This document shows positions 45,120 to 54,763 of a DNA stretch of 64,000 nt, in pieces. How positions within the stretch are numbered: position 1 is the stretch's first letter; every line of letters begins with the position of its first letter. The stretch spans positions 1 through 64,000 of IMG/VR virus record IMGVR_UViG_3300008267_000016. One strand, 5' to 3'. Under the pieces are notes generated by a model that ran no database searches, was not told the DNA's origin, and saw nothing but the letters and a program-made list of their open reading frames with translations. Source of the DNA: a virus. The translations under genes and the position numbers were made by a program.

Positions 45120-45272
45120 CTATTGAGCTTCAAGTTCATTAACAATAAGCATCATTTGAAGTAGTGCAAAAACAACACCATCACTGCGGTCTGTGTCGGA
45201 TTTATAGTAAATATCCTCTATCTGCTCTACAGCAGCGCGAAGAGCGGCGGCGACGGAGTAGCGGTGAACCAT
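45120..45272 (-). CDS. Small accessory protein, AAALR...ELEAQ family (not in track)
   Basis: Manual translation MVHRYSVAAALRAAVEQ...IVNELEAQ. Confidence 0.55.
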   Translation of the reverse strand: MVHRYSVAAALRAAVEQIEDIYYKSDTDRSDGVVFALLQMMLIVNELEAQ

Positions 45273-45283
45273 AATTGATTAAA

Positions 45284-45481
45284 CTAAGATAGTAGAGAGA
45301 TGCGTTCAACACGCCGTACTTCCAGCAAGTGCGGACCATCTTCAGAGTAAATGGCCAAGTAATGTTGGCCTTCATTCCAGGCTTGCTCCAGGGTGGGGGC
45401 TGTGCCGCCCGCTTGTTCTTCGCCGTTGTCGTCGAGCACCGAGAACTCGTAACTAGTGTCAAGCACTGTGTAGTCAGCCAT
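45284..45481 (-). CDS. Hypothetical protein
   Basis: Acidic 65-aa ORF in cluster. Confidence 0.55.
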   Translation of the reverse strand: MADYTVLDTSYEFSVLDDNGEEQAGGTAPTLEQAWNEGQHYLAIYSEDGPHLLEVRRVERISLLS

Positions 45482-45501
45482 AAGGACAGAAGAGGGTCTG
45501 A

Positions 45502-45699
45502 CTAAGGGAGCAACGATGAACTATCTGGGAATTCCGGAGGGTTGACCAAGCCGCAACGGCCCCAGTAACCCCTCCGCATTGCTGAGCCAATCCAACGCTT
45601 GTGAATCCAGTCTGGCCAGCGGGTGTCTGAATTGACCCAGCGGAAGTTGCCAATCTTCCCCGCGTGGCTGCAGACGTAGATAAATGGAAACTCAGACAT
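45502..45699 (-). CDS. Hypothetical protein
   Basis: ORF in cluster. Confidence 0.5.
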   Translation of the reverse strand: MSEFPFIYVCSHAGKIGNFRWVNSDTRWPDWIHKRWIGSAMRRGYWGRCGLVNPPEFPDSSSLLP

Positions 45700-45713
45700 C
45701 GGAGTTGATCGGA

Positions 45714-45974
45714 CTACTGGCCCCAGCGGGCGAGAACAGCGCGGGCATAGACACGCCAGCTTTCGGGCTCACCGCTCTGGTCGATCTCGGTGAACAGCTC
45801 GTCAAGAGCCTCATCAGTCGGCCCCTTCGGCTCAGGCTCAGCCAGTGCGGCATCAGCGCGGCGCAGGAGAGCTTCAAGCTCGTGGAGGCTGTAGCCGTTG
45901 TCTTCGATGTACCAACACTGGTAGCGGTGCAGATTGTCTGCCAGCTCTTCGCACAGTTGTTTGTAATCAGTCAT
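45714..45974 (-). CDS. Small accessory protein (TD..LC.EL...RA.A.LA.P...ARAVLARWG family)
   Basis: Similarity to 46271-46657. Confidence 0.7.
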   Translation of the reverse strand: MTDYKQLCEELADNLHRYQCWYIEDNGYSLHELEALLRRADAALAEPEPKGPTDEALDELFTEIDQSGEPESWRVYARAVLARWGQ

Positions 45975-45992
45975 GGTAATTAGTGAGGTGGT

Positions 45993-46235
45993 CTACTGGG
46001 CTCCAAGTTCGGTGGCGATAGCTAAGAGTTGAAACTTTGCTTCATCTAGGTCCGTCCAATCACCAGAAGGGTCAGCCTCCTTTGGCATGACCTGATTAAC
46101 AGCCTCTCGAAGAGCAACAGAAACCTCGAAAGCTATGCGAGCAGCTTCATTGGGAATGTCCTCAGGGTTGAGGTCGTACTGCTGCCGAGTGACAGCATTC
46201 AAAACAGCCCACGCAGCGAGTGAAAGTTCAGACAT
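45993..46235 (-). CDS. Small accessory protein (LS.AA.AVL...ALR..V.QV.P...LAIA.EL family)
   Basis: Paralogue of 46654-46908. Confidence 0.7.
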   Translation of the reverse strand: MSELSLAAWAVLNAVTRQQYDLNPEDIPNEAARIAFEVSVALREAVNQVMPKEADPSGDWTDLDEAKFQLLAIATELGAQ

Positions 46236-46270
46236 AGAGGTGATGTTGACATGTGGGCTTGAGGTTTGTG

Positions 46271-46657
46271 TTAGTCACTAAGTTGAGCCATTTGTTTTTC
46301 CATGTGATCCGCCCATGCCACCAGATCGCTGGCACGGACAAGCTGCTCACCAGTATCAGCAACGCGCCACTGAACTGAAGCAGTATCGCGGATGGCTTGA
46401 TCAATCACCTTGCGGATCAGAAGGACCGTGGCTCGACGGTGGAGCTGCCGAGTAATCTGATCAGTGACAGAGGCCGGTTCCCTGTCGTCGGACACAGCCG
46501 GTCCATCTGGCTCGGCCAGCAGTGCGCGGGCGCGGTTGATCCGCTCAAAGCTGGCAGCGGTGTGCTCGTCGGCAGGATCGTTGATTAAGTAGCCGTCGAT
46601 CCATCCCTCCAAGTCATCAGTCAGCTCAACGCACAGGGCGCGAAAGTCAGTGGTCAT
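46271..46657 (-). CDS. Small accessory protein (TDFRALC.EL family)
   Basis: Paralogous N-terminus to 45714-45974. Confidence 0.7.
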   Translation of the reverse strand: MTTDFRALCVELTDDLEGWIDGYLINDPADEHTAASFERINRARALLAEPDGPAVSDDREPASVTDQITRQLHRRATVLLIRKVIDQAIRDTASVQWRVADTGEQLVRASDLVAWADHMEKQMAQLSD

Positions 46658-46908
46658 TGCGCACCCCCGTCCAGCTCGGCGGCAATGGCGAGAAATTGCC
46701 GGCGGATGGCTTGCTTGTTTAAGCGGATCGCCTCCGTTGTGAAGTACATGGCTTCTTGCGGATCATCTGGCACCACCTGATCCGCAACAGCGCGAAGGGC
46801 GGCGGCGGCTATCTGTCGAGCTTCGTTGAGGCAATCTTCTGGGCCATAGGCGCTGCTGTTGTTGGCGGCATCCAACACCGCCTGCGCGGCGGGGGAGAGG
46901 TCAGTCAT
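46654..46908 (-). CDS. Small accessory protein (LSPAAQAVL family; start at ATG 46908)
   Basis: MTDLSPAAQAVLDAA...AAALRAVADQVVP...LAIAAELD. Confidence 0.7.
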   Translation of the reverse strand: MTDLSPAAQAVLDAANNSSAYGPEDCLNEARQIAAAALRAVADQVVPDDPQEAMYFTTEAIRLNKQAIRRQFLAIAAELDGGAQ

Positions 46909-47245
46909 CGAGTTTCTCCAGTGCGCGGCGGATGGTATCTGACTGATCGGTATTGCCGTAACACTCAGCCGCAAGCTCCGCCAATGCTTGCAGCGCCTGC
47001 TCCTTCAAGCTCGGCGGCTTGGGGCGGCGGGCGGTGCGGAGTTCATCAATAGGAACATTTACCACCGGCCAAATACTCCCTAGCCACTCACAGCACGCCT
47101 CCAGCTCCTGGTCGGCTCCCCAGCGGGCGGCTTGGGTAGCGACGTAAAGATCACGCTGATCATCACATTCGGTTTGTTGGTAAATAGTGTCAGCCCATTC
47201 AACAACCAGCTCAGGCGGCGGAGTAATCGGGTGTTCTTGAGTCAT
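46901..47245 (-). CDS. Small accessory protein (ITPPPELV...AARWGADQELEACC...PSLKEQAL family)
   Basis: GAGG RBS; recognisable cyanophage-type motif string. Confidence 0.7.
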   Translation of the reverse strand: MTQEHPITPPPELVVEWADTIYQQTECDDQRDLYVATQAARWGADQELEACCEWLGSIWPVVNVPIDELRTARRPKPPSLKEQALQALAELAAECYGNTDQSDTIRRALEKLDD

Positions 47246-47380
47246 TGTTGAACCTCGTAGTGTGTAGAACTAAGAATGTGCTTAAAAAACAATTTTGGTT
47301 TGAAAAAAATACGTTTGTCGAATCTGTTTTGCACAAAAACGCTAATGCGTATCCAATAAATTGATTTGACCTCAGTTCTT

Positions 47381-47950
47381 TTAGGGGTTTACATTCTCCC
47401 AAGGACTGATCTCACTAATGGGAGCTGGAGACTTAGGAGCTGTTGCCGCTGCTTGTTGGAGTTGCATGTACTGCAGAGCTTGTTTGTGTTGATTTAATTC
47501 AGCAGTTAACTGCTGTGTCTGTGCTTCGGCCCACTTCCGGGCATTCGCAGTCAGCTCATCGAGTGCTGATTGGGAGTGCGGGAAAGCAAAAATAACGCCA
47601 CCACCTTGCCGTACCGTAATTTTTTGACCGTTCGTGGTCTCAGCCAGATCGTTCAGGAATGCGTGAGCTCGGTCTCCAGGAATGTTTGCAAGAAGTCCAA
47701 GCTGAGCAGGATCGACGACCCCACGATTTGCTTCGTACAGGGCAGTGAAGCAAGACGTCACTCGTGTTGCAACTTCGTCAGTACGTTGCTTACGGAGCGC
47801 ACGTTCGCGCCCCAGCCCAGCACCGCCAATTAAACCACCAGCAAAAGCCAGAGAAGCTCCGACAAACTGAGGAGCCGTGATCGCTGTGGTGATCCCAACT
47901 GCAGCAGTAGCAGCCAGGGCGATCGCCAGATTAGGGTTTGACCGGGTCAT
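47381..47950 (-). CDS. Membrane-anchored hypothetical protein
   Basis: Two N-terminal hydrophobic helices, C-terminal coiled coil. Confidence 0.7.
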   Translation of the reverse strand: MTRSNPNLAIALAATAAVGITTAITAPQFVGASLAFAGGLIGGAGLGRERALRKQRTDEVATRVTSCFTALYEANRGVVDPAQLGLLANIPGDRAHAFLNDLAETTNGQKITVRQGGGVIFAFPHSQSALDELTANARKWAEAQTQQLTAELNQHKQALQYMQLQQAAATAPKSPAPISEISPWENVNP

Positions 47951-50702
47951 GTTTTTGAAAAGCTGTGTCCCAACGAGTGCTGTTCATGTCCTGAGCGAAC
48001 TCCACGGGTGAGGGCAGTCGATCAGGTCCTTTAGCTGCGCGATCGGATTGTAAGTCAAAAGCTTTGATCCGAAGCCCCTTTATACCAGGAATGCCGTCAT
48101 TTAACACTACTTTTACGTTTGGTATTTTCAGAATGTTCGTCATAGCTTCTTTAGTCCGTTCAACAAAACGATGTTTTGCTGCGGGCTTATAACCACACGA
48201 TTTGCAGAAGTTGGCATAGCTCGGATAAAGAGCACCGTAAGCATTAGCTACATACATACCTTTTTCCGCTTCGTCAGTGTTTGGCTTCCGGGCACCTTGT
48301 CCTACAGGGGCGATGCTGTTGGGTGCGTACAAACAGCAATCGTGGAGCCACGCAACAAACTGATTGTTGAAGAGAAGTGCTTCGATGTTTGTTTTATTGA
48401 GCGAAGGCACGTGTTTTGTGGGGTTTGCCAGGACATCCTTCATCGTTGCGTAAGGCATCGATAAAGCCCACGTGACAATGCCGCTCATCTCTGGAACAAA
48501 AGCCCCTTCGATGCGATCGTCAAAGACGCTGATAAGTTCTTTACGCAGACTGGGATCTACGACCTTATCCATAACGATTGTTAAGCGCCGACGCTCTAGG
48601 CCGCTGCTCGAATCGTTTGATGTGATGTGTTCGTTACTCGCGATACAGACCAAACATTCAGGCTTGAAGCTGATGATCTCTTTTCCATACTTTCTTTCTG
48701 CACGCAGTGTGTCCGAAGCTGACGTCAGCTTCTTGAGGACATCCATCCGCCGGTTGTAGTTGGATTCATCAGTCAGGAGCAGAAGCTTCTTTCCAATCAG
48801 GTTGTAGCTTTCAAATTTATTAGTTTCAATGACCTCCAAGCTTGACGTGTGAGTGCCGTGGAAACCAGCGAGAGCCACCATGAGCTGCTGCATCGTTGAC
48901 TTGCCTGTACCGCCTGGGCCAACCAAGTGCAGGAATCTCTCACCAGCTGTGTAGCCAGTCAGGAGTGCTCGTGCGAAAGCCTGGATTAAAACTTCTTGCC
49001 CTTTATCCAGCGCAGAAGTGATCCAGCGCATAAACTCAGGACACTGAGCTTTGGCATCGTACTCATAGGGTAGTTTGTGACGCAGATAAAGCTCTTTATG
49101 CCGACCTTCTTCAAACTCCAGAGTCGTTGTATCTAGTACACCATTTCGGAAAGGAATATAGCCACGGGCTTTTGTCCAGATACTGCGACGACCTCCGTCA
49201 GCCGAACGGAGCAGCTTGGCTTTCAGGATCGAAAACACGCTGTTAATCATGGCCGCGTTGTACTTTGAGAGCACACCAGCAGTCACGAACGAATCAAGAG
49301 CTTTTACGATTCTGCGCTTTATGTGCTGCTCATCCTGGTGATACCAGATGTCTTGATCTTCATCGTAGTGATAGAACTGATCTAAATAGCTGTCGTATAT
49401 AAACTGATCGCCTTGGTTGGTGACGATGATATCAGCAACGTCATTCTCAGAGAATTCTCTATTTCTAGTCCCACCTTGAAGGTTTACAAGTTGCGTGGGT
49501 GTCGAAGGAGTGCTCATGTCTTCAGTTTTCTGTTTAGTTTTTGTTGTTGATTTTGATGTTGTTATCTCAGGTGTACTGAGATCAAATTCAGACATATCGA
49601 GCACAGCGTTTACAGCTGCTTCTCGTTTTGCTTGAGCTAGTGCTTCTTTGACTTCATCAGAAGCGTGTGTGTCAAAAACAGATCGGCTGATACGCCTGAT
49701 CTTTTTCCAAGTGCCGAGCTCTCCAAGCTCCGACGCCAGGGCTACGGCAGGTAATAGCTCCTCTGGATTCCGGATGGAGTTGAGGATTCGATCGAACTTG
49801 CCATCGATGTCGTGCGGGTAACCATATATGTTATAGAACGCACGATGCGCCACTGTCAAGGGTGAAACGCATAAAGCGATTTTATTTGACTCACACCAGT
49901 TCGACCACCCTAAAAGTTCCTTGAAAACAGCAGCCATGGTGGAGCTGCGATCTCCGACCTCCTCTCCCTCCAGCACGGACCGGACCGTGTTTGAAACGAG
50001 CCTCTCCAGATCCATCCCGTTTTCTCGGATGGTTACCTTATTTAAAAACTCAGAGGGATCCCCACCTAGATCAGTTTCATCTGGGGGCAGTGCCGCAAAT
50101 GCCCTGATGGCTTCCGAGATTTTTTCCTTGGGAATGTATTTACCAGGCGTTGCGAAGATAGCTTCTTTATTTTTTGGTCCGTAAAAAAGATTCGGTACCG
50201 TTGTTGCTCGAACGTCGGAACCAGGAATCTGAGAATATATCTGCTTACAGAACCACTGGTAGAAACTTGGATTGATGACCGTAGTTTCTAACCCAAAAAC
50301 CAATCGGAAGCGAGGCCAGTTTTCCCGCGTGGACGGCGAGTAATACCCAAGCGTTAGATATTTTTTACAGATATCAAGTTCAAGAGCTTGTTCAACAGTT
50401 AGCTCTTGCTTTTGTACTTTGTTACCGTCTTGATCTTTATGGTCTGCCTGGTTATCAATATCGACAATAATCAGTCCAGCTTTTATAACACCAGTTGAGT
50501 TTCTCTGTCTTTTACCATCTTGTAAATGCCAGGCACATAAACCCGCTTGCTGACCCAACACCGAAGCCAGTTCACCCGTGGTGAGCTCGCAAGCATCCCA
50601 GTTCGAGTTGAACGCAGAGAAGTTGCCACCGTCAGCGATCTTGCCCAGCTCGGGATGGAGGTGAGGGACCACCCCGAGGTTTACAGAGCAAATGAACTTC
50701 AT
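47931..50702 (-). CDS. Primase-helicase (N-terminal primase-like domain + D5/P4-type SF3 helicase)
   Basis: IIVDIDN and Y.SPS...PRFRLVF (prim-pol-like); IPFRNGVLD, CP.F..W, GPGGTGKST, LLLTDE, IASN. Confidence 0.9.
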   Translation of the reverse strand: MKFICSVNLGVVPHLHPELGKIADGGNFSAFNSNWDACELTTGELASVLGQQAGLCAWHLQDGKRQRNSTGVIKAGLIIVDIDNQADHKDQDGNKVQKQELTVEQALELDICKKYLTLGYYSPSTRENWPRFRLVFGLETTVINPSFYQWFCKQIYSQIPGSDVRATTVPNLFYGPKNKEAIFATPGKYIPKEKISEAIRAFAALPPDETDLGGDPSEFLNKVTIRENGMDLERLVSNTVRSVLEGEEVGDRSSTMAAVFKELLGWSNWCESNKIALCVSPLTVAHRAFYNIYGYPHDIDGKFDRILNSIRNPEELLPAVALASELGELGTWKKIRRISRSVFDTHASDEVKEALAQAKREAAVNAVLDMSEFDLSTPEITTSKSTTKTKQKTEDMSTPSTPTQLVNLQGGTRNREFSENDVADIIVTNQGDQFIYDSYLDQFYHYDEDQDIWYHQDEQHIKRRIVKALDSFVTAGVLSKYNAAMINSVFSILKAKLLRSADGGRRSIWTKARGYIPFRNGVLDTTTLEFEEGRHKELYLRHKLPYEYDAKAQCPEFMRWITSALDKGQEVLIQAFARALLTGYTAGERFLHLVGPGGTGKSTMQQLMVALAGFHGTHTSSLEVIETNKFESYNLIGKKLLLLTDESNYNRRMDVLKKLTSASDTLRAERKYGKEIISFKPECLVCIASNEHITSNDSSSGLERRRLTIVMDKVVDPSLRKELISVFDDRIEGAFVPEMSGIVTWALSMPYATMKDVLANPTKHVPSLNKTNIEALLFNNQFVAWLHDCCLYAPNSIAPVGQGARKPNTDEAEKGMYVANAYGALYPSYANFCKSCGYKPAAKHRFVERTKEAMTNILKIPNVKVVLNDGIPGIKGLRIKAFDLQSDRAAKGPDRLPSPVEFAQDMNSTRWDTAFQKHDPVKP

Positions 50703-50804
50703 GGGTTGTCGCTGAGCGCTTCTAGTATGACCTGGTTTGGGGCTTTTGGAACCGAAGAAATGCTGAAGAACCCAGAGCCCGCCTGCCTTCCGGTGCGATT
50801 GATT

Positions 50805-51584
50805 CTACGCTGCCGGGTTTAGTTCGTAGTACTGTTTGACAACTTGGAACCAACTTTCTTCGTCTTTTTCTATTTCTTCGCCTCCAAATGTAAATATCTG
50901 AGTGTTGAATTCTTTGATTGCCGTAGTGACAATAATTTGTGTTTTACTAATTTTAATCCCCAAGCAAGCTTCTGCGGCTGCTTTATAAGCTGCTAGCTGC
51001 AGTCTGGTCTTCTTTGTTTTAAATACTCCGGAAATTAGAGCCTTTCGAGTTCTTTCGTCGATGTTTTGATTTTTGTTCGGGAATCTAGCTGAGTAGGGTC
51101 CGTTACTCGTCTTGAAGTCGGCGAGGACAATCTCAGCGTTTGCGTTCATGTAAATCAAATCGCAGCAGCCGGCATACCCGTGCCCTGTTTTCTCATCGTA
51201 ATAATGAATACGACCGACACCATCATCACCAACGTATCTAGCCCAGCGTGGTTGATTAAAAGGTTTTTCAGACCACAGCACTCGACCACCTTCTAAAAGG
51301 TTATCCAGGAGCTCTGGCACTCCGTCCCAATATGGTTTGTACTGCTCTGATGGTATTACGCGAAGACCCCTCAAATAATCTTCTACGCTGTTGTGAATCC
51401 AAGTTCCTCTAGTAGCAGCTGCATCAGCAGCTCCTGGATTTAACGCATTCCAGTGAGCCAGCTTTGCCCGCGTGGCTTCTGTTTGAGTAGCGCTGAGAAT
51501 AGAAGTGACTGAAGGTAGAGGTTTGGGTACGCCGTTACAAACGTAGTGCCTTAAACCATTAACCGTTACGCGTGTATCGGACAC
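50805..51584 (-). CDS. PD-(D/E)XK exonuclease
   Basis: LPSVTSIL, RGT.IH...E, SE, YAG..D, DFKTS, QLAAY. Confidence 0.85.
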   Translation of the reverse strand: MSDTRVTVNGLRHYVCNGVPKPLPSVTSILSATQTEATRAKLAHWNALNPGAADAAATRGTWIHNSVEDYLRGLRVIPSEQYKPYWDGVPELLDNLLEGGRVLWSEKPFNQPRWARYVGDDGVGRIHYYDEKTGHGYAGCCDLIYMNANAEIVLADFKTSNGPYSARFPNKNQNIDERTRKALISGVFKTKKTRLQLAAYKAAAEACLGIKISKTQIIVTTAIKEFNTQIFTFGGEEIEKDEESWFQVVKQYYELNPAA

Positions 51585-51610
51585 AATAAAGGTGTCAATT
51601 CTTTCTCAGC

Positions 51611-52021
51611 TTAGAATGAACTTGAGATCATAGTTCCTTCGTCTTCATCTTCATCATCTTCGTCGTCACCACCGAGGAAGAATTCTTGTTTTTGATACTG
51701 ATAGTCTCTATTACGCTGCTCGAGCTCAGACATTAGGCACAGTGCCGCAGAGAAACTTTCTATAGTGATGTCTGCACACTCCTCTGCTGTGCGTGCGTTG
51801 CCCTGGTAATCAACACACTCAGTTAAAAGCTGCTGACCCACAAGCAACGCACTGATCTTATCTAATAAGATGTTCTGTTCTTTTTGAAGTTCAATTAAAT
51901 GATCGAGCTGCTTGTACAGACGCTTGCTCACAGCTTTAAGTCTTGAGGGCGGTGCCAGCCTACTTCGAAATCTATTTGTGTATTGACAGCAGCTGCTCCT
52001 GCTTTTTGAAAAACAAACCAC
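51611..52021 (-). CDS. Hypothetical protein with acidic C-terminal tail (true start probably GTG about 51931)
   Basis: Coiled coil then DDEDDEDEDE. Confidence 0.6.
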   Translation of the reverse strand: MVCFSKSRSSCCQYTNRFRSRLAPPSRLKAVSKRLYKQLDHLIELQKEQNILLDKISALLVGQQLLTECVDYQGNARTAEECADITIESFSAALCLMSELEQRNRDYQYQKQEFFLGGDDEDDEDEDEGTMISSSF

Positions 52022-52464
52022 GCAGACGTCACAGGATCTTTTGCAGTTGTACCATCGGCACGAAATGAAGGCCGAGGACTCAAGATCTTAATGTTTGTGA
52101 GAGATGAATCTTGTAAGAAATCTTCTCGTGCCCGTGTGGGCTCCAAGAACGTTAAACGATCTAAGATGCACACACCTTTTCTAGAGATCTGGAGTCCACA
52201 CTCTGTTATCCACTTCGTGTAGTCTTTCATACCTTGTGTAATTGCTATCGTCCAGTCCACACTGTTTTTGTGCGTAGCCCACCAGTCAAGATCAACTAGG
52301 TTCTCTTCGTTATCGTTTGACTTGATATCTGTTATTCCTTTCTTTCTGATCTGTTTTTCGAGCTGCCCACTGAAGTCGCAAGGCAGTAAAACCACACCTT
52401 CGATCAGATTGCTGTTCCCGATAGGATCAAAGATATAACGAGGAACGGTGTAGAAGTTGGACAT
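51928..52464 (-). CDS. DNA methyltransferase homologue with degenerate SAM-binding and catalytic motifs
   Basis: FYTVP, LLPCDFSG (for LEPCAG.G), DWTIAITQG (for DW.ITNPPF), RLTFLEPT..R, RPSF..DG, VTSAWFVF. Confidence 0.65.
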   Translation of the reverse strand: MSNFYTVPRYIFDPIGNSNLIEGVVLLPCDFSGQLEKQIRKKGITDIKSNDNEENLVDLDWWATHKNSVDWTIAITQGMKDYTKWITECGLQISRKGVCILDRLTFLEPTRAREDFLQDSSLTNIKILSPRPSFRADGTTAKDPVTSAWFVFQKAGAAAVNTQIDFEVGWHRPQDLKL

Positions 52465-52696
52465 GTCAAAAGGGCTGCTGGATAAACTTAAGTCACACTT
52501 GACTCTTGAGCAGAGTTTTACGCACCGTGCGTTTCTAGATGGGTTTGAAAAGCTGAACCCGCAAGAAGCTCGCGAGGTTCTTGAGATTGTATATGCAAAC
52601 TACCTAATTCGAGGCAAGCTACTCGAGAAGATCATAGATTATTGTGTTGCGTATGGTGTTTACTTACCTTCGTTTGGTGATCTTATAGACATGTAA
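52457..52696 (+). CDS. nblA: NblA phycobilisome degradation protein (likely ATG at 52463)
   Basis: LTLEQSF..RAF......L.P.EA.E.L...Y...L.R..LL matches the NblA two-helix pattern. Confidence 0.7.
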   Translation: MDMSKGLLDKLKSHLTLEQSFTHRAFLDGFEKLNPQEAREVLEIVYANYLIRGKLLEKIIDYCVAYGVYLPSFGDLIDM

Positions 52697-52700
52697 CCAC

Positions 52701-52728
52701 AAAAAAGGACGCTGTAGTAGCGCCCTTT
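52701..52728 (-). terminator. Rho-independent terminator between converging genes
   Basis: Minus strand aaagggcgct-actac-agcgtccttt with a T run. Confidence 0.65.
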
Positions 52729-52752
52729 AGTGATTTTTTGATGACTAACTGG

Positions 52753-53583
52753 TCAGAAGTCCAGACCTGCTGCTTGGAGAGCTGCTTTCTGTTCTTCCGT
52801 CAGATCCTTTTTGGCAGTTGCCTTTTTGGGAGCCGGCGGTTCCGTGGCCTCAGGCTTAGCTCCTGGTGTTCCGGCGCCAGCTGGCAGAGCTGACAACCCA
52901 GCCGGAGCTGCGCCTTCGAGACGTTTGGGGTTCGCTTCTATAAAGGCTTCTTTAATCGCCCCGTGATCTTCCCCCAGAGGAAGCTCAACCAGATTCGAAC
53001 CGGGGATAGAAGAACGTAGTGCAGATGCCACCAGATCTCCTGAGCCAGCGTCAAGCCACGCTGCAATATCCTCGATGAGTTTGCGCTCTTCGTCAGTTTG
53101 TGCGGGCCGATCTTTGAATTCCAGCGCGTTGTAATTAATCTTGGCTCCATCGGCCCCCGTCATCGGGTCCCTCTCGTTGAAGGACTTCTGAACGAATTTA
53201 GTCGATGTGATTACCTCACCAACGTTAATCCGATTGTTGTAGAGCGTCTGGAAGTAGGAGATAAAGTTCTTTTGACTCGATTTACCGCTGATGATGCTAG
53301 TACATACGCAGCGTGGAGGAAGCAGACGATGAGAAGGTGTGACACCAATGTAACTAATACGAATAAACTCTTCATGCGACCGCATACCGAGGTTACCGAA
53401 ATACGGCGTGAACCCAAGAAGGATGAATTCAATCGGTATACCGTTGTCGTTGGAGTCCGTGATGGCCGCATCAGGGTCAGTATCGGATTTCCAACGGCGT
53501 GCTTGAAGATCGATTCGGAGCGTGTGAGGCGGGATTTGGCAGAGAATTTCATCAGCCGAAAATTTGCCAGCAATAAAAACCAT
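52753..53583 (-). CDS. Hypothetical, possible ssDNA-binding/recombination protein
   Basis: Position in the replication arm; flexible C-tail ending LDF. Confidence 0.55.
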   Translation of the reverse strand: MVFIAGKFSADEILCQIPPHTLRIDLQARRWKSDTDPDAAITDSNDNGIPIEFILLGFTPYFGNLGMRSHEEFIRISYIGVTPSHRLLPPRCVCTSIISGKSSQKNFISYFQTLYNNRINVGEVITSTKFVQKSFNERDPMTGADGAKINYNALEFKDRPAQTDEERKLIEDIAAWLDAGSGDLVASALRSSIPGSNLVELPLGEDHGAIKEAFIEANPKRLEGAAPAGLSALPAGAGTPGAKPEATEPPAPKKATAKKDLTEEQKAALQAAGLDF

Positions 53584-53592
53584 GATTGTTAA

Positions 53593-54240
53593 TCAGAGAG
53601 AGAAGTCCAGTGATCCGAGAGCAGCCGTAGAGACGCGACCTTTATCGGGGTCTGCCGCTTTGGCGGGAGCAGCTTTTTTGCTGCGAGGCAGGTAGAGAAT
53701 TTTCTCCACACCGTAATTAAGATACTTGCGATCTTCCTTTTCGGAAGTACTTACGCGACCCACAGCAATAGTCGGTGTGCCTGGCGCAAGTTCGGCAAGT
53801 TGAGTTGAAAGGCTGTCCCAAGCTGTCAGCTTGAACCAAGCGGTTTCACCTTTTTCATCTTGCCAGGCCAGCGAACGGTTGGTTACTGTGTTGTCACCGA
53901 GCTGAGTTTCTTCAGTCGCAGGACCGAGGCCACCTGTGGAGATGAACAGGTTTACTGCCAGCAGGTCATCCCAGTTCTTGTCTGTAACAACCAACATGGG
54001 CTGCATCTGTAACACTCCATCCGGTGTTGTCTTGGTTGGCCCAATCGCAAGGATCGTTTGATTTTCTTCGAGAGTCTTGAGGATCTTGCCAACGTAATGA
54101 TCCTCCTTCATTGAGAGCTGGACCTTCGTGGCTACCCGCTTGTCGCTAGAAGGAAGGGATTCAGCGAGTACGTGTGTGATTTTGTTTTCGTCGGTGTCGG
54201 CGCCATCAGTGACGCGGAGCCCGAGTGTGAAGATGTTCAC
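53593..54240 (-). CDS. SSB-like OB-fold protein
   Basis: LAWQ..KGETAWFKLTAW...A.L..G....AVGR. Confidence 0.65.
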   Translation of the reverse strand: MNIFTLGLRVTDGADTDENKITHVLAESLPSSDKRVATKVQLSMKEDHYVGKILKTLEENQTILAIGPTKTTPDGVLQMQPMLVVTDKNWDDLLAVNLFISTGGLGPATEETQLGDNTVTNRSLAWQDEKGETAWFKLTAWDSLSTQLAELAPGTPTIAVGRVSTSEKEDRKYLNYGVEKILYLPRSKKAAPAKAADPDKGRVSTAALGSLDFSL

Positions 54241-54763
54241 GGTTTAACGTCCGGTAAATCGTTGAGCGATGTACGTTGAGTGCCTTGGCGATTTCCCTAG
54301 CAGGGACGCCCTGGCTGGAGAAGGCTAGTACCAAATTCACGTCCGCGTCCCCTAGTTTTGAGGCCTTCATTTTTTTGTAAGAATTGTGGTAAGGGTTTAC
54401 ACACAATGGGTTTGAGCATGACGGTTTGACACAACCATCTTTATTTATTTCTAAGTAATCTAAAATCAGTGGACGCACGTAATATTTCTGTTTCAGAGCA
54501 TAGATGACGGGAGACTTGTTGCAAAACCTGCCCCACCACTCATCACACTCTTCGTGCTTGAAATCGCTCGTAGCCAGCCGCCTGAATAAATAGGACAACT
54601 TGCTTTCTTTTACGCTCTTGTACGTCAGAGCAAACGTATCTGCCTGTAGAGCTCTGGCTATATCGGAGGATTGCGCTTGCGCGTGGCCAGCGTCATTCGC
54701 GGCTAAAGCTATTTCTAAAGTGCTGTCTGCCTTACCTAGTACCAAGCAATAACTAGTAGACAT
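54206..54763 (-). CDS. His-Cys/HNH zinc-loop endonuclease-like protein with C-terminal HTH
   Basis: CDEW.G...VKPSCSNPLCVNPYH; KL...DV..V...G..AREIAKALNVHRSTIYR. Confidence 0.65.
   Translation of the reverse strand: MSTSYCLVLGKADSTLEIALAANDAGHAQAQSSDIARALQADTFALTYKSVKESKLSYLFRRLATSDFKHEECDEWWGRFCNKSPVIYALKQKYYVRPLILDYLEINKDGCVKPSCSNPLCVNPYHNSYKKMKASKLGDADVNLVLAFSSQGVPAREIAKALNVHRSTIYRTLNREHLHTRAPRH

Noticed and set aside
47918-47926. HIP1 octamer GCGATCGC (also near 61432)
   Set aside because: Only a couple of occurrences noticed; no enrichment evident by eye.
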